Notes under the pieces: model-generated
Database searches by the model: none
What the model saw: the letters and a program-made list of their open reading frames with translations, nothing else
What the model was told of the DNA's origin: nothing
Position numbers and translations under genes: made by a program
In this document: piece by piece, positions 30,601 to 38,321 of the stretch
Layout of the letters: each line of letters opens with the position of its first letter
Numbering within the stretch: position 1 is the first letter of the stretch
NCBI GenBank assembly: GCA_012270965.1
Contig: JAAXHJ010000082.1
Span: 20,919-84,918, forward strand
Source: Candidatus Palauibacter poriticola
GTDB taxonomy: Bacteria > Gemmatimonadota > Gemmatimonadetes > Palauibacterales > Palauibacteraceae
Direction of reading: 5' to 3'
Length of the DNA stretch: 64,000 bases

Positions 30601-31484
30601 GCCTCGAGGGGCCGCCCCTGCTCGTCGAGGAACGCGCCCTCCGTCCACGGCACCGGCGTGAACCGTCCCGTCCCGTCGTTCAGATAAAGGCGGTCGGGCT
30701 CCGCGAGTTCGAGCCGCGGGACCATCCCCTCGCGGACCTCGCCGAGCGCGAAGTGTTCCCGCCACTCGGGGAGAATCTCGAACCCGTCCTCCGTCCGCCG
30801 GTAGATGTTGCTCGGCTGAAGGACGTCGGGCGGGAAGAGATCCTGCACGGTCGCGACCTTGTTGTTCACCACGTACAGGTCGAGGTCGCCGTCCCCGTCG
30901 ATGTCGGCGAGGGTCATCGACATGCTCCCGAGCGTCGACGAGAGCCCCGCCTCATCCGTCCCGTCCGTGAAATGGCCGCCACCGTCGTTCAGGTAGAGCG
31001 CGTTCGGTCCCCCGAGCGCGTTGACCAGCAGGTCGAGGTCGCCGTCCCCGTCCACATCCGCGAACACGGCGCCCGTCGAGAAGCGGTTCGCCGCCGCGAC
31101 CCCCGCCTCCCCGGCGATGTCCTCGAAGCGCCAGCCGCCCAGGTTCCGGTAGAGCCGGTTCGGCCCGTCCATCCCCGCGAAATAGAGGTCGACCCGGCCG
31201 TCGCCGTCCACGTCCCCCGCCGCGACGCCGGACCCGTTCAGGTAGTGGCTGTTCTCGATGTACTGCTCTTCCGTCACCACGTTCTCGAACGAGATCCCGG
31301 TCTCCGACGGGTCGAGCTGCTCAAACCCGGGCCCGTCCTCGCCCGAGACCCGAAGCTCGGCCCAGCGGTATCCATCCTCCTCGACCCAATCGAGCGCTCC
31401 CGGTCCACATCCGCCGCAGAGCACGACTGCCGCCGGCAGGGTTACGCGGACGAGGAATCGGGCGTATTGATGAATGTCGGGCAT
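27633..31484 (-). CDS. CRTAC1-family FG-GAP/VCBS repeat protein with two ASPIC/UnbV modules (secreted lipoprotein)
   Basis: 1283 aa protein with lipobox 'VVLCGGCG'. There are many 'DxDGDGxxDL' FG-GAP repeats. The UnbV_ASPIC-like segments 'GAHVRLSGGELPTQTKEIVAGGLYLSGSEA' and 'AIGAAIRLEYGGG' are separated by a Gly/Ala low-complexity linker. Confidence 0.85.
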   Translation of the reverse strand: MPDIHQYARFLVRVTLPAAVVLCGGCGPGALDWVEEDGYRWAELRVSGEDGPGFEQLDPSETGISFENVVTEEQYIENSHYLNGSGVAAGDVDGDGRVDLYFAGMDGPNRLYRNLGGWRFEDIAGEAGVAAANRFSTGAVFADVDGDGDLDLLVNALGGPNALYLNDGGGHFTDGTDEAGLSSTLGSMSMTLADIDGDGDLDLYVVNNKVATVQDLFPPDVLQPSNIYRRTEDGFEILPEWREHFALGEVREGMVPRLELAEPDRLYLNDGTGRFTPVPWTEGAFLDEQGRPLEAEPLEWGLAARFQDMDGDGDPDLYVCNDFHSPDHIWINDGAGRFRMLAPLAMRSTSFASMGVDFSDVDRDGFTDFFVVEMLSREHRLRMKQIVGGVADPHFAGRIRNRPQKPRNTLYLSRGDGTWTEAAQLAGLDASGWSWGSTFVDVDLDGFEDLLVGTGHFYDAMDKDAAQRVGSMDWRQRILGFPPLRLSNIAFRNRGDLTFEEVGEAWGFAGDEDITHGMAAADLDGDGDLDIVTNRLLAPAGVYRNVGRAPRVAVRLVGRGLNTGGVGAHVRLSGGELPTQTKEIVAGGLYLSGSEAMASFAAADGEMTIEVVWRNGTGSRVEGVRANRIYEIREPAAGGAAAGGGVDAAAGGAAAAAVVGAAPPPGAGGGVAARAAASDAPLFDDVSALLGHRHRENAFDDFAQQPLITWRLGQGGPGVAWSDIDGDGDTDALVGGGGGAGLSVFRGDGGGGFTADRGAGGGGVAGPAPSPGDQTGLVIAPGRAGTTVVVGTATYDGTDRAAPSATVLRASGTALGASAATIRAPGRALREVQVLTAAESSTGPLAAADYDGDGDVDLFAGGRVVPGQYPAPATSRLFLNEGERYVLDESNAAVLADAGLVSGAVFSDVDADGDPDLLLAIEWGPVRLLLNRDGRFEDATAAFGLKSRTGWWNGVTAGDLNEDGLPDLIASNRGLNSQFTASPERPATAYHADLDNDGFRDVIEARYDEFTRSMVPVRGLLTLAGGLPFLRGRIQGFEHYGQLGVNEILEQPADLLPTVEATTLAHTMFINRGGSFEAFEMPREAQLAPAFHAGVADMDGDGHEDVFLTQNLFALRGEADRNDGGRGLWLRGDGTGALTPVPGQRSGIAVYGEQRGAAFADYDGDGRVDVLISQNAAGTRLYRNTGAKPGLRVRLRGGPGNPAAIGAAIRLEYGGGALGPLREVRAGGGYWSQDDPVQVLGLAAEPTAIRVRWPDGSETVTPLDAPTPLEVTIDADGALLVRR

Positions 31485-31620
31485 GCGCCTCGCGAAGGTT
31501 GGGGATCGGCTCGCTCCCTCCCGCACCGCGACACAACGAGCGAGTCGGCTGTATCATATCACCTGCCTATGCTGCGGGAATGCGTACCCACGTTCCCGAA
31601 CCGGGGGAGGAGGAGGTCAA

Positions 31621-32211
31621 ATGAAGCCGAGGTTCATCGCCGTTCTCGTCGTCGCCGGGGTTCTGGCCCCCGCAACTCTGTTGTCCCAGGATGGCGTCGC
31701 CCCCCGTCCCGGCGGGCTCCCCGCAGCGTCCCCGGCCATCGCGGTGACGGATCCGGCCGCCGTCCGGGACGAGATCCTCGACCACTTCCGGCGCTCGAGC
31801 TACAAGATCTCCGAACTCGCGCGCGTGATGCCCGCCGACAAGTTCTCGTGGGCCCCCGGCGAGGGCGTGATGGAAGTGGGTGAGGTCTACATGCACATCG
31901 CGCGCTACAACTTCATGTACCTCGACCAGAACCTGGGGATCGCGCCTCCGAACGGATTCGACTACGCGGACATCGAGTCGATTCGCGACAAGGAGAAGGT
32001 GCGCGAGATCCACGAGATGTCCGTCCGCCATGTCGTGGAGCTGGTGGGCGTCCTCACACCGGCCGAACTCGACGCAAAGACGGAACTCTACGGCCGGCGG
32101 GTGCAGGGTTGGGCCGTCCTCCTGCAGCTCGTCTCCCACATGAACGAACACGTCGGCCAGTCCGTCGCCTACGCCCGCATGAACGGCGTCGTCCCCCCCT
32201 GGTCGAACTGA
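31621..32211 (+). CDS. DinB-family (DinB_2/DUF664-like) secreted protein
   Basis: A strong GGAGGAGG RBS precedes the signal peptide 'MKPRFIAVLVVAGVLAPATLLSQD'. The protein carries DinB-like four-helix-bundle His motifs. Confidence 0.7.
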   Translation: MKPRFIAVLVVAGVLAPATLLSQDGVAPRPGGLPAASPAIAVTDPAAVRDEILDHFRRSSYKISELARVMPADKFSWAPGEGVMEVGEVYMHIARYNFMYLDQNLGIAPPNGFDYADIESIRDKEKVREIHEMSVRHVVELVGVLTPAELDAKTELYGRRVQGWAVLLQLVSHMNEHVGQSVAYARMNGVVPPWSN

Positions 32212-32612
32212 ACAGGCTGCCACCACGGCGATGGCGGTGGAGGTGGTTGTGGGGGGGCGTGCCACCCTCGGACGATCGAATCGCATCGAATGGAGGCGAC
32301 GGTGGCCGGGGGTTTCCGGGAGAGACGTGATCGTCCCACTGGAGGATCTCTCCCTTGGCGATCACTTCGAGATCGAGATTGGACCTGGTGGTGGTTGGCG
32401 GTGTAGGTGGGGATGGCTTCGAGAGGGGAACGGCAGGCCGCGGCGGACCAGGTGGGTGGGTGATTCTCGTCCCACTCTTTGCGGCGATGCCTTCGACCTA
32501 TATTCGTTGCTTGCCGAATGAGGGGTGACGCCCTTCCGGCGGGCGACCTGATCGCAGAATGCGTTGTGGACATGCATCCCGCGACCACAGCGATCAATGG
32601 TTGAGTCGCGGC

Positions 32613-33377
32613 ATGCGGATGCGCAGACGTAAGCGATTCCGACCGGGCCACTCCAGCGCTGCGGTCGCGGTGTGGGTGGTAGCTGCGGTGTGCGTGGCGG
32701 TTGTCGGCTGTGGGTTCTCGACGGATCCGGCCGAGAGGCCGCTGGAAGGGACCTGGCTCGGCGCCGTGAGTCTGATCGACGGGGGCGTGTCGTGGCAGCT
32801 CTGGCTGCGGGAGGACGGGCGGGGCGACGTCTCGGGCCGGGTCAGCCGGACGGATTTCCGCCGCATCCCGCACCCGGCCGAGGAGGTGTCTCACGGCACC
32901 GTGCGCGGCGTGCACGAGCCATCGCGAGTCCTCTTGACGCCCGACTACGGCGAGTCCTCGGAGATCTACGACGGTCGCGTCCGGTCCGATGATCGCATCA
33001 CCGGCTTCATCGAGCGCGGCACCATGCTTCGGAGCATCGGCACGCTGGAGTTCCGCCGGATACTTCTTCGATCAGCCGACGCCAAGACTTGCAATCAGCC
33101 GCTGGGACGGTCCCGTTCGGAGAAGGTCGCTACGCCGGCCCGATGCGCCAGCTCTGAGCGGTCACATAACCTTGCCGGACCTCGACCGGTCATCATGTGG
33201 CCTGGTTCCCTCCACCGGGCGAACGTGGCAGGTTACCGCGCCCGCTGGATCGTCACCGCTCGGAGGGCGGCGACCGCGCACCCACAACGGAGTCTCCATG
33301 ATCGCTCAACAGGTCCTCATGCAGTTCGACCACATCTTGACGGGCTGCCGCGCCACGCTCGAAGCCGTGCCGGATGA
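32613..33377 (+). CDS. Hypothetical lipoprotein (3' end uncertain)
   Basis: 'MRMRRRKRFRPGHSSAAVAVWVVAAVCVAVVGCGFS' is a lipoprotein signal. The last roughly 90 codons look like low-complexity read-through and overlap the next gene, so a frameshift or an earlier true stop is possible. Confidence 0.4.
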   Translation: MRMRRRKRFRPGHSSAAVAVWVVAAVCVAVVGCGFSTDPAERPLEGTWLGAVSLIDGGVSWQLWLREDGRGDVSGRVSRTDFRRIPHPAEEVSHGTVRGVHEPSRVLLTPDYGESSEIYDGRVRSDDRITGFIERGTMLRSIGTLEFRRILLRSADAKTCNQPLGRSRSEKVATPARCASSERSHNLAGPRPVIMWPGSLHRANVAGYRARWIVTARRAATAHPQRSLHDRSTGPHAVRPHLDGLPRHARSRAG

Positions 33378-33804
33378 TCGCCTCGACTGGCGCCCGCACG
33401 AGAAATCGTGGACGCTCGGCGAGTTGGCGACCCACGTCGCGATGCTCCCGAACTGGACTGTGGCGACGCTGACCATGTCCGAGTTCGACGTCGCTCCGGA
33501 GGGCGGCGGCCCGCCGCGGAATCCCGAACTCAAGTCTTCGGCTGAACTCATCGCGGCGCTTGAACAGAGCGCGGGCGCGGCCCGAGAGACGATCGAGGCC
33601 ACTTCGGACGAGGCGTTCACCGGTTCGTGGACGCTGAAGGTGGCGGGCGAAGAACGCTTCACGATGCCAAAGGCGGTCGTGATGCGGAGCTTCATCCTCG
33701 ACCACCTGATCCACCACCGGGCGCAACTGGGGGTCTACCTGCGGCTGCTCGACGTGCCGGTACCCCAGATGTTCGGACCCACGGCGGACTATCCGGATAT
33801 GTGA
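33298..33804 (+). CDS. DinB-family protein (DinB_2-like)
   Basis: 'MIAQQVLMQFDHILTGCRATLEAVPDDRLDWRPHEKSWTLGELATHVA...LDHLIHHRAQLGVYLRLL' matches the conserved DinB/YfiT helical-bundle His triad. The upstream part of the listed ORF is non-coding. Confidence 0.75.
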   Translation: MIAQQVLMQFDHILTGCRATLEAVPDDRLDWRPHEKSWTLGELATHVAMLPNWTVATLTMSEFDVAPEGGGPPRNPELKSSAELIAALEQSAGAARETIEATSDEAFTGSWTLKVAGEERFTMPKAVVMRSFILDHLIHHRAQLGVYLRLLDVPVPQMFGPTADYPDM

Positions 33805-33888
33805 GGGGAAGGGGCGGTGCCGTCTGCGACTCGACCACCGCGGTAAGATGGCGGACGGGCCCGGCCGGTCGACACGTCGAGCCGGAAT

Positions 33889-35016
33889 CTACGGAAACCG
33901 GCTTTGATCGATGTCGGGGATGATCCGAAGCGCGTTCTCGAAGTAGACCTTCCGCAGGACTTCGTCCGGGAGGTCGAGGCCGTACATGCGCCAGAAGGCG
34001 TGGTATCTGCGGTAGTACGGGAAGTACTCGTCCGCCGTCTCCAGCACGCGGAAGTACGTGGGGTATTCGTCCGGCGCCCAGGAATCCTTCCCCATCAGGA
34101 TCCGGTCCTGATACCTGATGAAGAAGTCGCGGGCGAAGCGGGGCTGCCGGCCCGGCTCGTAGATCACGGCGCCGAGGCCGACGTTCATGTTGGGGATACC
34201 GTCCAGGGTGCGACCGAGGCGGCCGAGATCGTGGCCGAGCCACGCGAGGTGCGCGGCGATGAACGTCGTCTCCGGGTGGCGGCGAAACATGTTCAACTGC
34301 TCGCCCAGTACCTGCTCGAAGGAGGGCGGGCCGGTCTGGCGACGCCGGGGTCGCTGGCGAAGCTCGAGCCAGCGCTCGTTGCGTTCGTCCATCGGCTCCC
34401 AAAACGGCGACGGGTCCCCCGAGTGGATGAGGACGGGGATGCCCAGTTCACCCGCCTTGGCCCAGATCGGATCGAGGCGGGGATCGTCGACCGGGACGCG
34501 CCGTTCGGCCGCATCGGTGAGCCACAGCCCGAGGTTCTTGAAGATCTTGAGCCCGCGGGCCCCGGCCTCGACGTCGGCTTCGAGGCGCGCCGCGGCGAGC
34601 GCCCCGAACTCCGGGTCGGCGATGTCGCTGAAGTCCACATTCGCGAACACGACGAAGCGGCCGGGATGCGCCGCCTCGAAGGCTTCGATCTGCTGCGCGA
34701 GCCGGGGGCCGGTGCCGCCGCTCAGGTTCACGCCGACGGCGAGGTTGAGCGCATCCATGTCGCGCACGAGCTGGTCGAGCTGCGCCCGCGGCATCGTCCC
34801 GTTGAGGTGCAGGTGGACATCCACGAAGGGGAAGGCCGCGCGAGCGACCGGGTTCTCGGGCACGACAAGCGTCGAGCGTGGATCGTACGCCTCGACCGTC
34901 ATCGGCGGCGACGTGTCCGGGGGCACGGGTGGCGGGCCGCGCCGCACCTGAGCCGCGGCTGGCGTCACCGCCGCCAGCATGATCGCGATCGTCATCCCCG
35001 TCCGCGCGTCACTCAT
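33889..35016 (-). CDS. Amidohydrolase-2 family (PF04909-like) secreted protein
   Basis: A signal peptide is followed by 'FPFVDVHLHL' and 'PVLIHSGD', the metal-binding motifs of the ACMSD-like amidohydrolase 2 family. Confidence 0.8.
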   Translation of the reverse strand: MSDARTGMTIAIMLAAVTPAAAQVRRGPPPVPPDTSPPMTVEAYDPRSTLVVPENPVARAAFPFVDVHLHLNGTMPRAQLDQLVRDMDALNLAVGVNLSGGTGPRLAQQIEAFEAAHPGRFVVFANVDFSDIADPEFGALAAARLEADVEAGARGLKIFKNLGLWLTDAAERRVPVDDPRLDPIWAKAGELGIPVLIHSGDPSPFWEPMDERNERWLELRQRPRRRQTGPPSFEQVLGEQLNMFRRHPETTFIAAHLAWLGHDLGRLGRTLDGIPNMNVGLGAVIYEPGRQPRFARDFFIRYQDRILMGKDSWAPDEYPTYFRVLETADEYFPYYRRYHAFWRMYGLDLPDEVLRKVYFENALRIIPDIDQSRFP

Positions 35017-35146
35017 CCAGTCGTCTCCATCTTCCGGTCCGAAACGGGTACAACCCGGGGTCTGAGCTGGGGCCCGAACCGGGGCCCGAACCGGGGTCTG
35101 AGCCGGGGTCTGAGCCAGGGGTCCAGACCGGGGGTCCGAAGCGAAG

Positions 35147-35905
35147 CTACGCCCCAAAGTGTGCGGCCATGCGATCCGCCAGCGCCGCGATCATCTTCTC
35201 GCCGAGTTGGGCCGTCGCGCCACGGGCATCGCCCAGGATGCCGTTCGGCGTCACGCTCGCGAACCCCTCGCCGAGGACGCGCCGGATGAGTTCCGGCTCC
35301 TCTTCCGGCGTCGTCAGGCGTCCGCACTCGGCCAGTTCGTCGCGCACGATCCCGTCGTGCATGGCCATCATGATCGACGTCTCGGCGATGTCGGCGTGCC
35401 CGCCCACGCGGATTCCGAGGCCCGCCTCCGCTTCGGCGACCTCGCGCCAGACCCCGATGACCTCGGCCAAGTCCGCATATACGTCCACGAAACAGTCCGG
35501 CCCCGCCGCTTCGATGAACGCGTCGCGCGCCTCGGCGAGCGGGGCGAAGTTCCCGCCGTGTGAGGGGACGAAGCAGACGCGCCGGAAGCCGTGGTGCGCG
35601 AGGCTGACGACGTAGTCCCTACACACTGCGAGGAAGGTCGTCTTCTCGAGGGACACGGTGCCGGGGAACGCCATGTGGTGAGCCGACCACCCGACCCGGA
35701 TTGTGGGAGCGACGAGCGCGGCCCCGAGCCGCCGGGCGATCTCGACCGCGAGCCGGTCGCCGTGCTCGGCGTCCATGAACAGCGGCAGGTGCGGCCCGTG
35801 CTGCTCGACCGCCCCCGCCGCGACGACGACCGTCGCAACCCCGGCCTTAATCGCCGCCCCGACCTCCGGCGAGGTCATCCGTTCCATCCGAACTTCATCA
35901 GGCAT
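35147..35905 (-). CDS. Creatininase-family amidohydrolase
   Basis: 252 aa protein with creatinine amidohydrolase family motifs 'VEQHGPHLP' and 'SHGGN'. Confidence 0.85.
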   Translation of the reverse strand: MPDEVRMERMTSPEVGAAIKAGVATVVVAAGAVEQHGPHLPLFMDAEHGDRLAVEIARRLGAALVAPTIRVGWSAHHMAFPGTVSLEKTTFLAVCRDYVVSLAHHGFRRVCFVPSHGGNFAPLAEARDAFIEAAGPDCFVDVYADLAEVIGVWREVAEAEAGLGIRVGGHADIAETSIMMAMHDGIVRDELAECGRLTTPEEEPELIRRVLGEGFASVTPNGILGDARGATAQLGEKMIAALADRMAAHFGA

Positions 35906-36021
35906 GGGTGATGCTCCGGCGCGGTGGGCTGGAAGGTGGACGACTCGGATCCCGCGGCCTGTCGCAAGCCGAAGATCCGCCGAGCCGGAGATCTACGCCA
36001 CCCGGCGTCGGATCAGATCCG

Positions 36022-36390
36022 TCAACCTCCCTCCAGCATCTCCCGCAGGCGCTCGATCTCCTCCGGCTCGAGCTTCCGCTCTTCCATCAACTGCGTGATC
36101 ATCGGCACGAGCGAGCCTCCCGTGACGCGGTCGGCCAGCGCCTCGAGGCGGCCGGACGCGTATGCCTCGCGGCTGATCCTCGCGGAGAAGAGTTGGGTTC
36201 CGAGACTGGCGTCGCGGTGGACGAAGCCCTTGTCCTCGAGCCGCTGCAGCAGGCGCTGGATGGTGCCGTGCGCCGATCTCGCGGCGTCCGCGTAGAGTTG
36301 GTCGCGAAGCTGGCGCGCCGTGAGACGGCCCTCCTTCCAGAGTCGCTCCATGACCGCGAGTTCGGCGTTGGCCAAACGCGGCGTCGTCAT
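36022..36390 (-). CDS. blaI: BlaI/MecI/CopY-family transcriptional repressor
   Basis: 'LANAELAVMERLWKEGRLTARQLRDQLY...GTIQRLLQRLEDKGFV' is the penicillinase-repressor winged helix, followed by a C-terminal dimerisation helix. The start is taken at the internal ATG, 12 nt after the blaR1 stop. Confidence 0.85.
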   Translation of the reverse strand: MTTPRLANAELAVMERLWKEGRLTARQLRDQLYADAARSAHGTIQRLLQRLEDKGFVHRDASLGTQLFSARISREAYASGRLEALADRVTGGSLVPMITQLMEERKLEPEEIERLREMLEGG

Positions 36391-36401
36391 GCGAAACCTC
36401 C

Positions 36402-38012
36402 CTAATCCTTCGGACGGGGCTCCTTCGCTTTCACGCGGAGCCTTCCGGTGCTGGTCTCCGCCGTTTCGCACGTCATGCCTGTGCCGGCAGAATCGCCATC
36501 GTCCGTGCGGAGCACCGAAATCGAGGCGCCGGTGCACTCCAGATGCACTCCTTCGAAGAGTGACTGGAACGGCGAGAGTTTCGGATTCCGGCTCACCCGA
36601 AGGTGCCGAGCGAGTTCGGCACGGAGGGCTTCCGGCGGGAGCGGGCCTTCCGAGAGCACGGACCGCAGGCCGGCGAGGTCCATGACGACCGTCTTGGAAT
36701 CCCCGGCCCCGTCGTCCGGCGTCACGGCTATGAAGGCGTCGGCGGCACCGCCGCGAAGCCCCGCGACCTCACCGTCGCTCCCGAGCAGCCGCACCGCTTC
36801 ACCGGACACGGCCCGTTCACCGGCGGCACCAAGGGCCTCGGCGAGTTGAACGGGGAGCGCGTGCTCCCTTGCGTGCGCCGCGATCCCGTCGACGAGCGCG
36901 CGAATCACCTGCCGGGTTCTGTCCGCGGCCGGATCGTCTCTCCCGCCATCGAAGCGAGCGACTTCCTCGTGGTTCGGCGCGACCAGGGCCGGGTCGACGG
37001 AGGTGAGGTCCGACTGATCGGTGCAGTAGATGAATCCGCCCGCGAGCAGACATACGGCGCCGCACCGCCGGACGCCGCGAAGCCAAGTCGGAGTCGGACT
37101 GGGGGTCGGCGTTCGGTTCGTCACGATCACAAATAATCTCCTTTCCAGCCGCGACGCTCGGCCGCGGCGATCAATGGGGCTCGCGAAGGCGAGCGGGCCC
37201 GGCGTCCGCGTCTTCGACATGAAGTCGATCACCCGGAGCAGCGCCCCCGCGTAGGTGCGGGGGTCGGCTGTGATCGCCGAGACGGCGAGTGCGTCGCAGC
37301 ACAACTCCTCGGAGGCCCGCAGCCTCCGGCGCGTCCACCAGGCGGCGGGGTTCCACCAGAAGGCCGCGCAGGCGAGCCACTCGAGCCAGCGGACGACGTG
37401 GTCGCGGCGCCGGAGGTGGGCCAGTTCGTGCGCCAGAATGCAGCGCAGCTCGGATCTGCCGATGTTCGTAAGCAGCTCCGAAGGAAGGAGGACGCGGGCC
37501 TTCCCCCCGGCCCACCACAGCATGGGCGAAAGCTGCGCGCGCGTCGCGTAGACGGTAGGGACCGAACCGAGTCCGAGCCGAAGCGAAATCTCCCGCGCGA
37601 GGCGCTGAACCTCGCGTGGCGCGGTCTCCGAAGCACTGCCGAGCAAGCGGTGGAAACGGAGGGTGCGCGCGAGCGTCCCGCCGAGTACGGAAGCCGTCCC
37701 CATCAGCCACAGCCAGACAAGCGCTTCCTTACCGTGATCCCCGAGCCAGTTCGGGAGCGAGGCCACCGTCGATGGTGCCGGACCCGGCTGCGGGAGACCG
37801 ATCGCGTCCGCGGGGGTGACCGTATCGATGCCCGCCGACCAGACCGGGACCGCGACGAATGGCGGTACGACCAAGACCGCGAGCGGCAGCAGCCACAACC
37901 CGTGCGCCAGCGGCGGGTTCCCGAGGCGCCGCCCCAGGGTCCATGCCACTCCGGCGAGGCCGACCGAGAGTGCCAGCTTGCTGGCTCCAATCTGGAGAAT
38001 CACGTCCGCCAT
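36402..38012 (-). CDS. blaR1: BlaR1/MecR1-like M56 peptidase signal transducer
   Basis: An N-terminal TM region carries the HEXXH motif 'HELAHLRRRDH' of the M56 family. A large C-terminal extracytoplasmic domain follows; it is not an obvious PBP-type sensor. Confidence 0.8.
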   Translation of the reverse strand: MADVILQIGASKLALSVGLAGVAWTLGRRLGNPPLAHGLWLLPLAVLVVPPFVAVPVWSAGIDTVTPADAIGLPQPGPAPSTVASLPNWLGDHGKEALVWLWLMGTASVLGGTLARTLRFHRLLGSASETAPREVQRLAREISLRLGLGSVPTVYATRAQLSPMLWWAGGKARVLLPSELLTNIGRSELRCILAHELAHLRRRDHVVRWLEWLACAAFWWNPAAWWTRRRLRASEELCCDALAVSAITADPRTYAGALLRVIDFMSKTRTPGPLAFASPIDRRGRASRLERRLFVIVTNRTPTPSPTPTWLRGVRRCGAVCLLAGGFIYCTDQSDLTSVDPALVAPNHEEVARFDGGRDDPAADRTRQVIRALVDGIAAHAREHALPVQLAEALGAAGERAVSGEAVRLLGSDGEVAGLRGGAADAFIAVTPDDGAGDSKTVVMDLAGLRSVLSEGPLPPEALRAELARHLRVSRNPKLSPFQSLFEGVHLECTGASISVLRTDDGDSAGTGMTCETAETSTGRLRVKAKEPRPKD

Positions 38013-38042
38013 ACGTCTCTCATCCGAATGACCAGCCGTTCC

Positions 38043-38057
38043 ACGACAAGATGTCGT
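38043..38057. promoter_or_regulatory. Candidate BlaI operator (ACGACA-aga-TGTCGT perfect dyad)
   Basis: A 6-3-6 inverted repeat lies about 35 bp upstream of the blaR1 start. BlaI/MecI operators are dyads built on ACA/TGT half-sites. Confidence 0.4.
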
Positions 38058-38321
38058 AATTATGCGATGATCTGTCGTGGTCGTCAAGCGCGCGACCGTG
38101 CGTGGGCGAAGCCACCACCGGCAGGGTCCGGGTGCGGCGCGGGTGTTGTCGGGTGCCGGCTCCGCGGGATCCCACCGAACCGGCTCTGCCGGACCCTGTT
38201 TCAGATTCCGGCGGGCTCCTCTATTATATATGAGTTGTATGGTCGGGTGGGGTGGCCGGTGCCGGTTTCCTTGCCCGGACGCTCCCTCCCGTGGAACCCC
38301 TGCCGAAACGAGGTAAGCGAG

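Noticed and set aside
28512-30765. ORFs 28512..30428+, 28619..29545-, 29398..30765- inside the CRTAC1-like gene
   Set aside because: They are alternative-frame or antisense ORFs of a gene with abundant FG-GAP motifs. Their translations are low-complexity.
37398-38321. 5' extension of the VPS10-like ORF (37398..41582) and ORFs 37171..37710-, 37229..37636-
   Set aside because: They overlap the blaR1 gene, which carries an HEXXH M56 motif. The VPS10-like signal peptide starts at ATG 38322.
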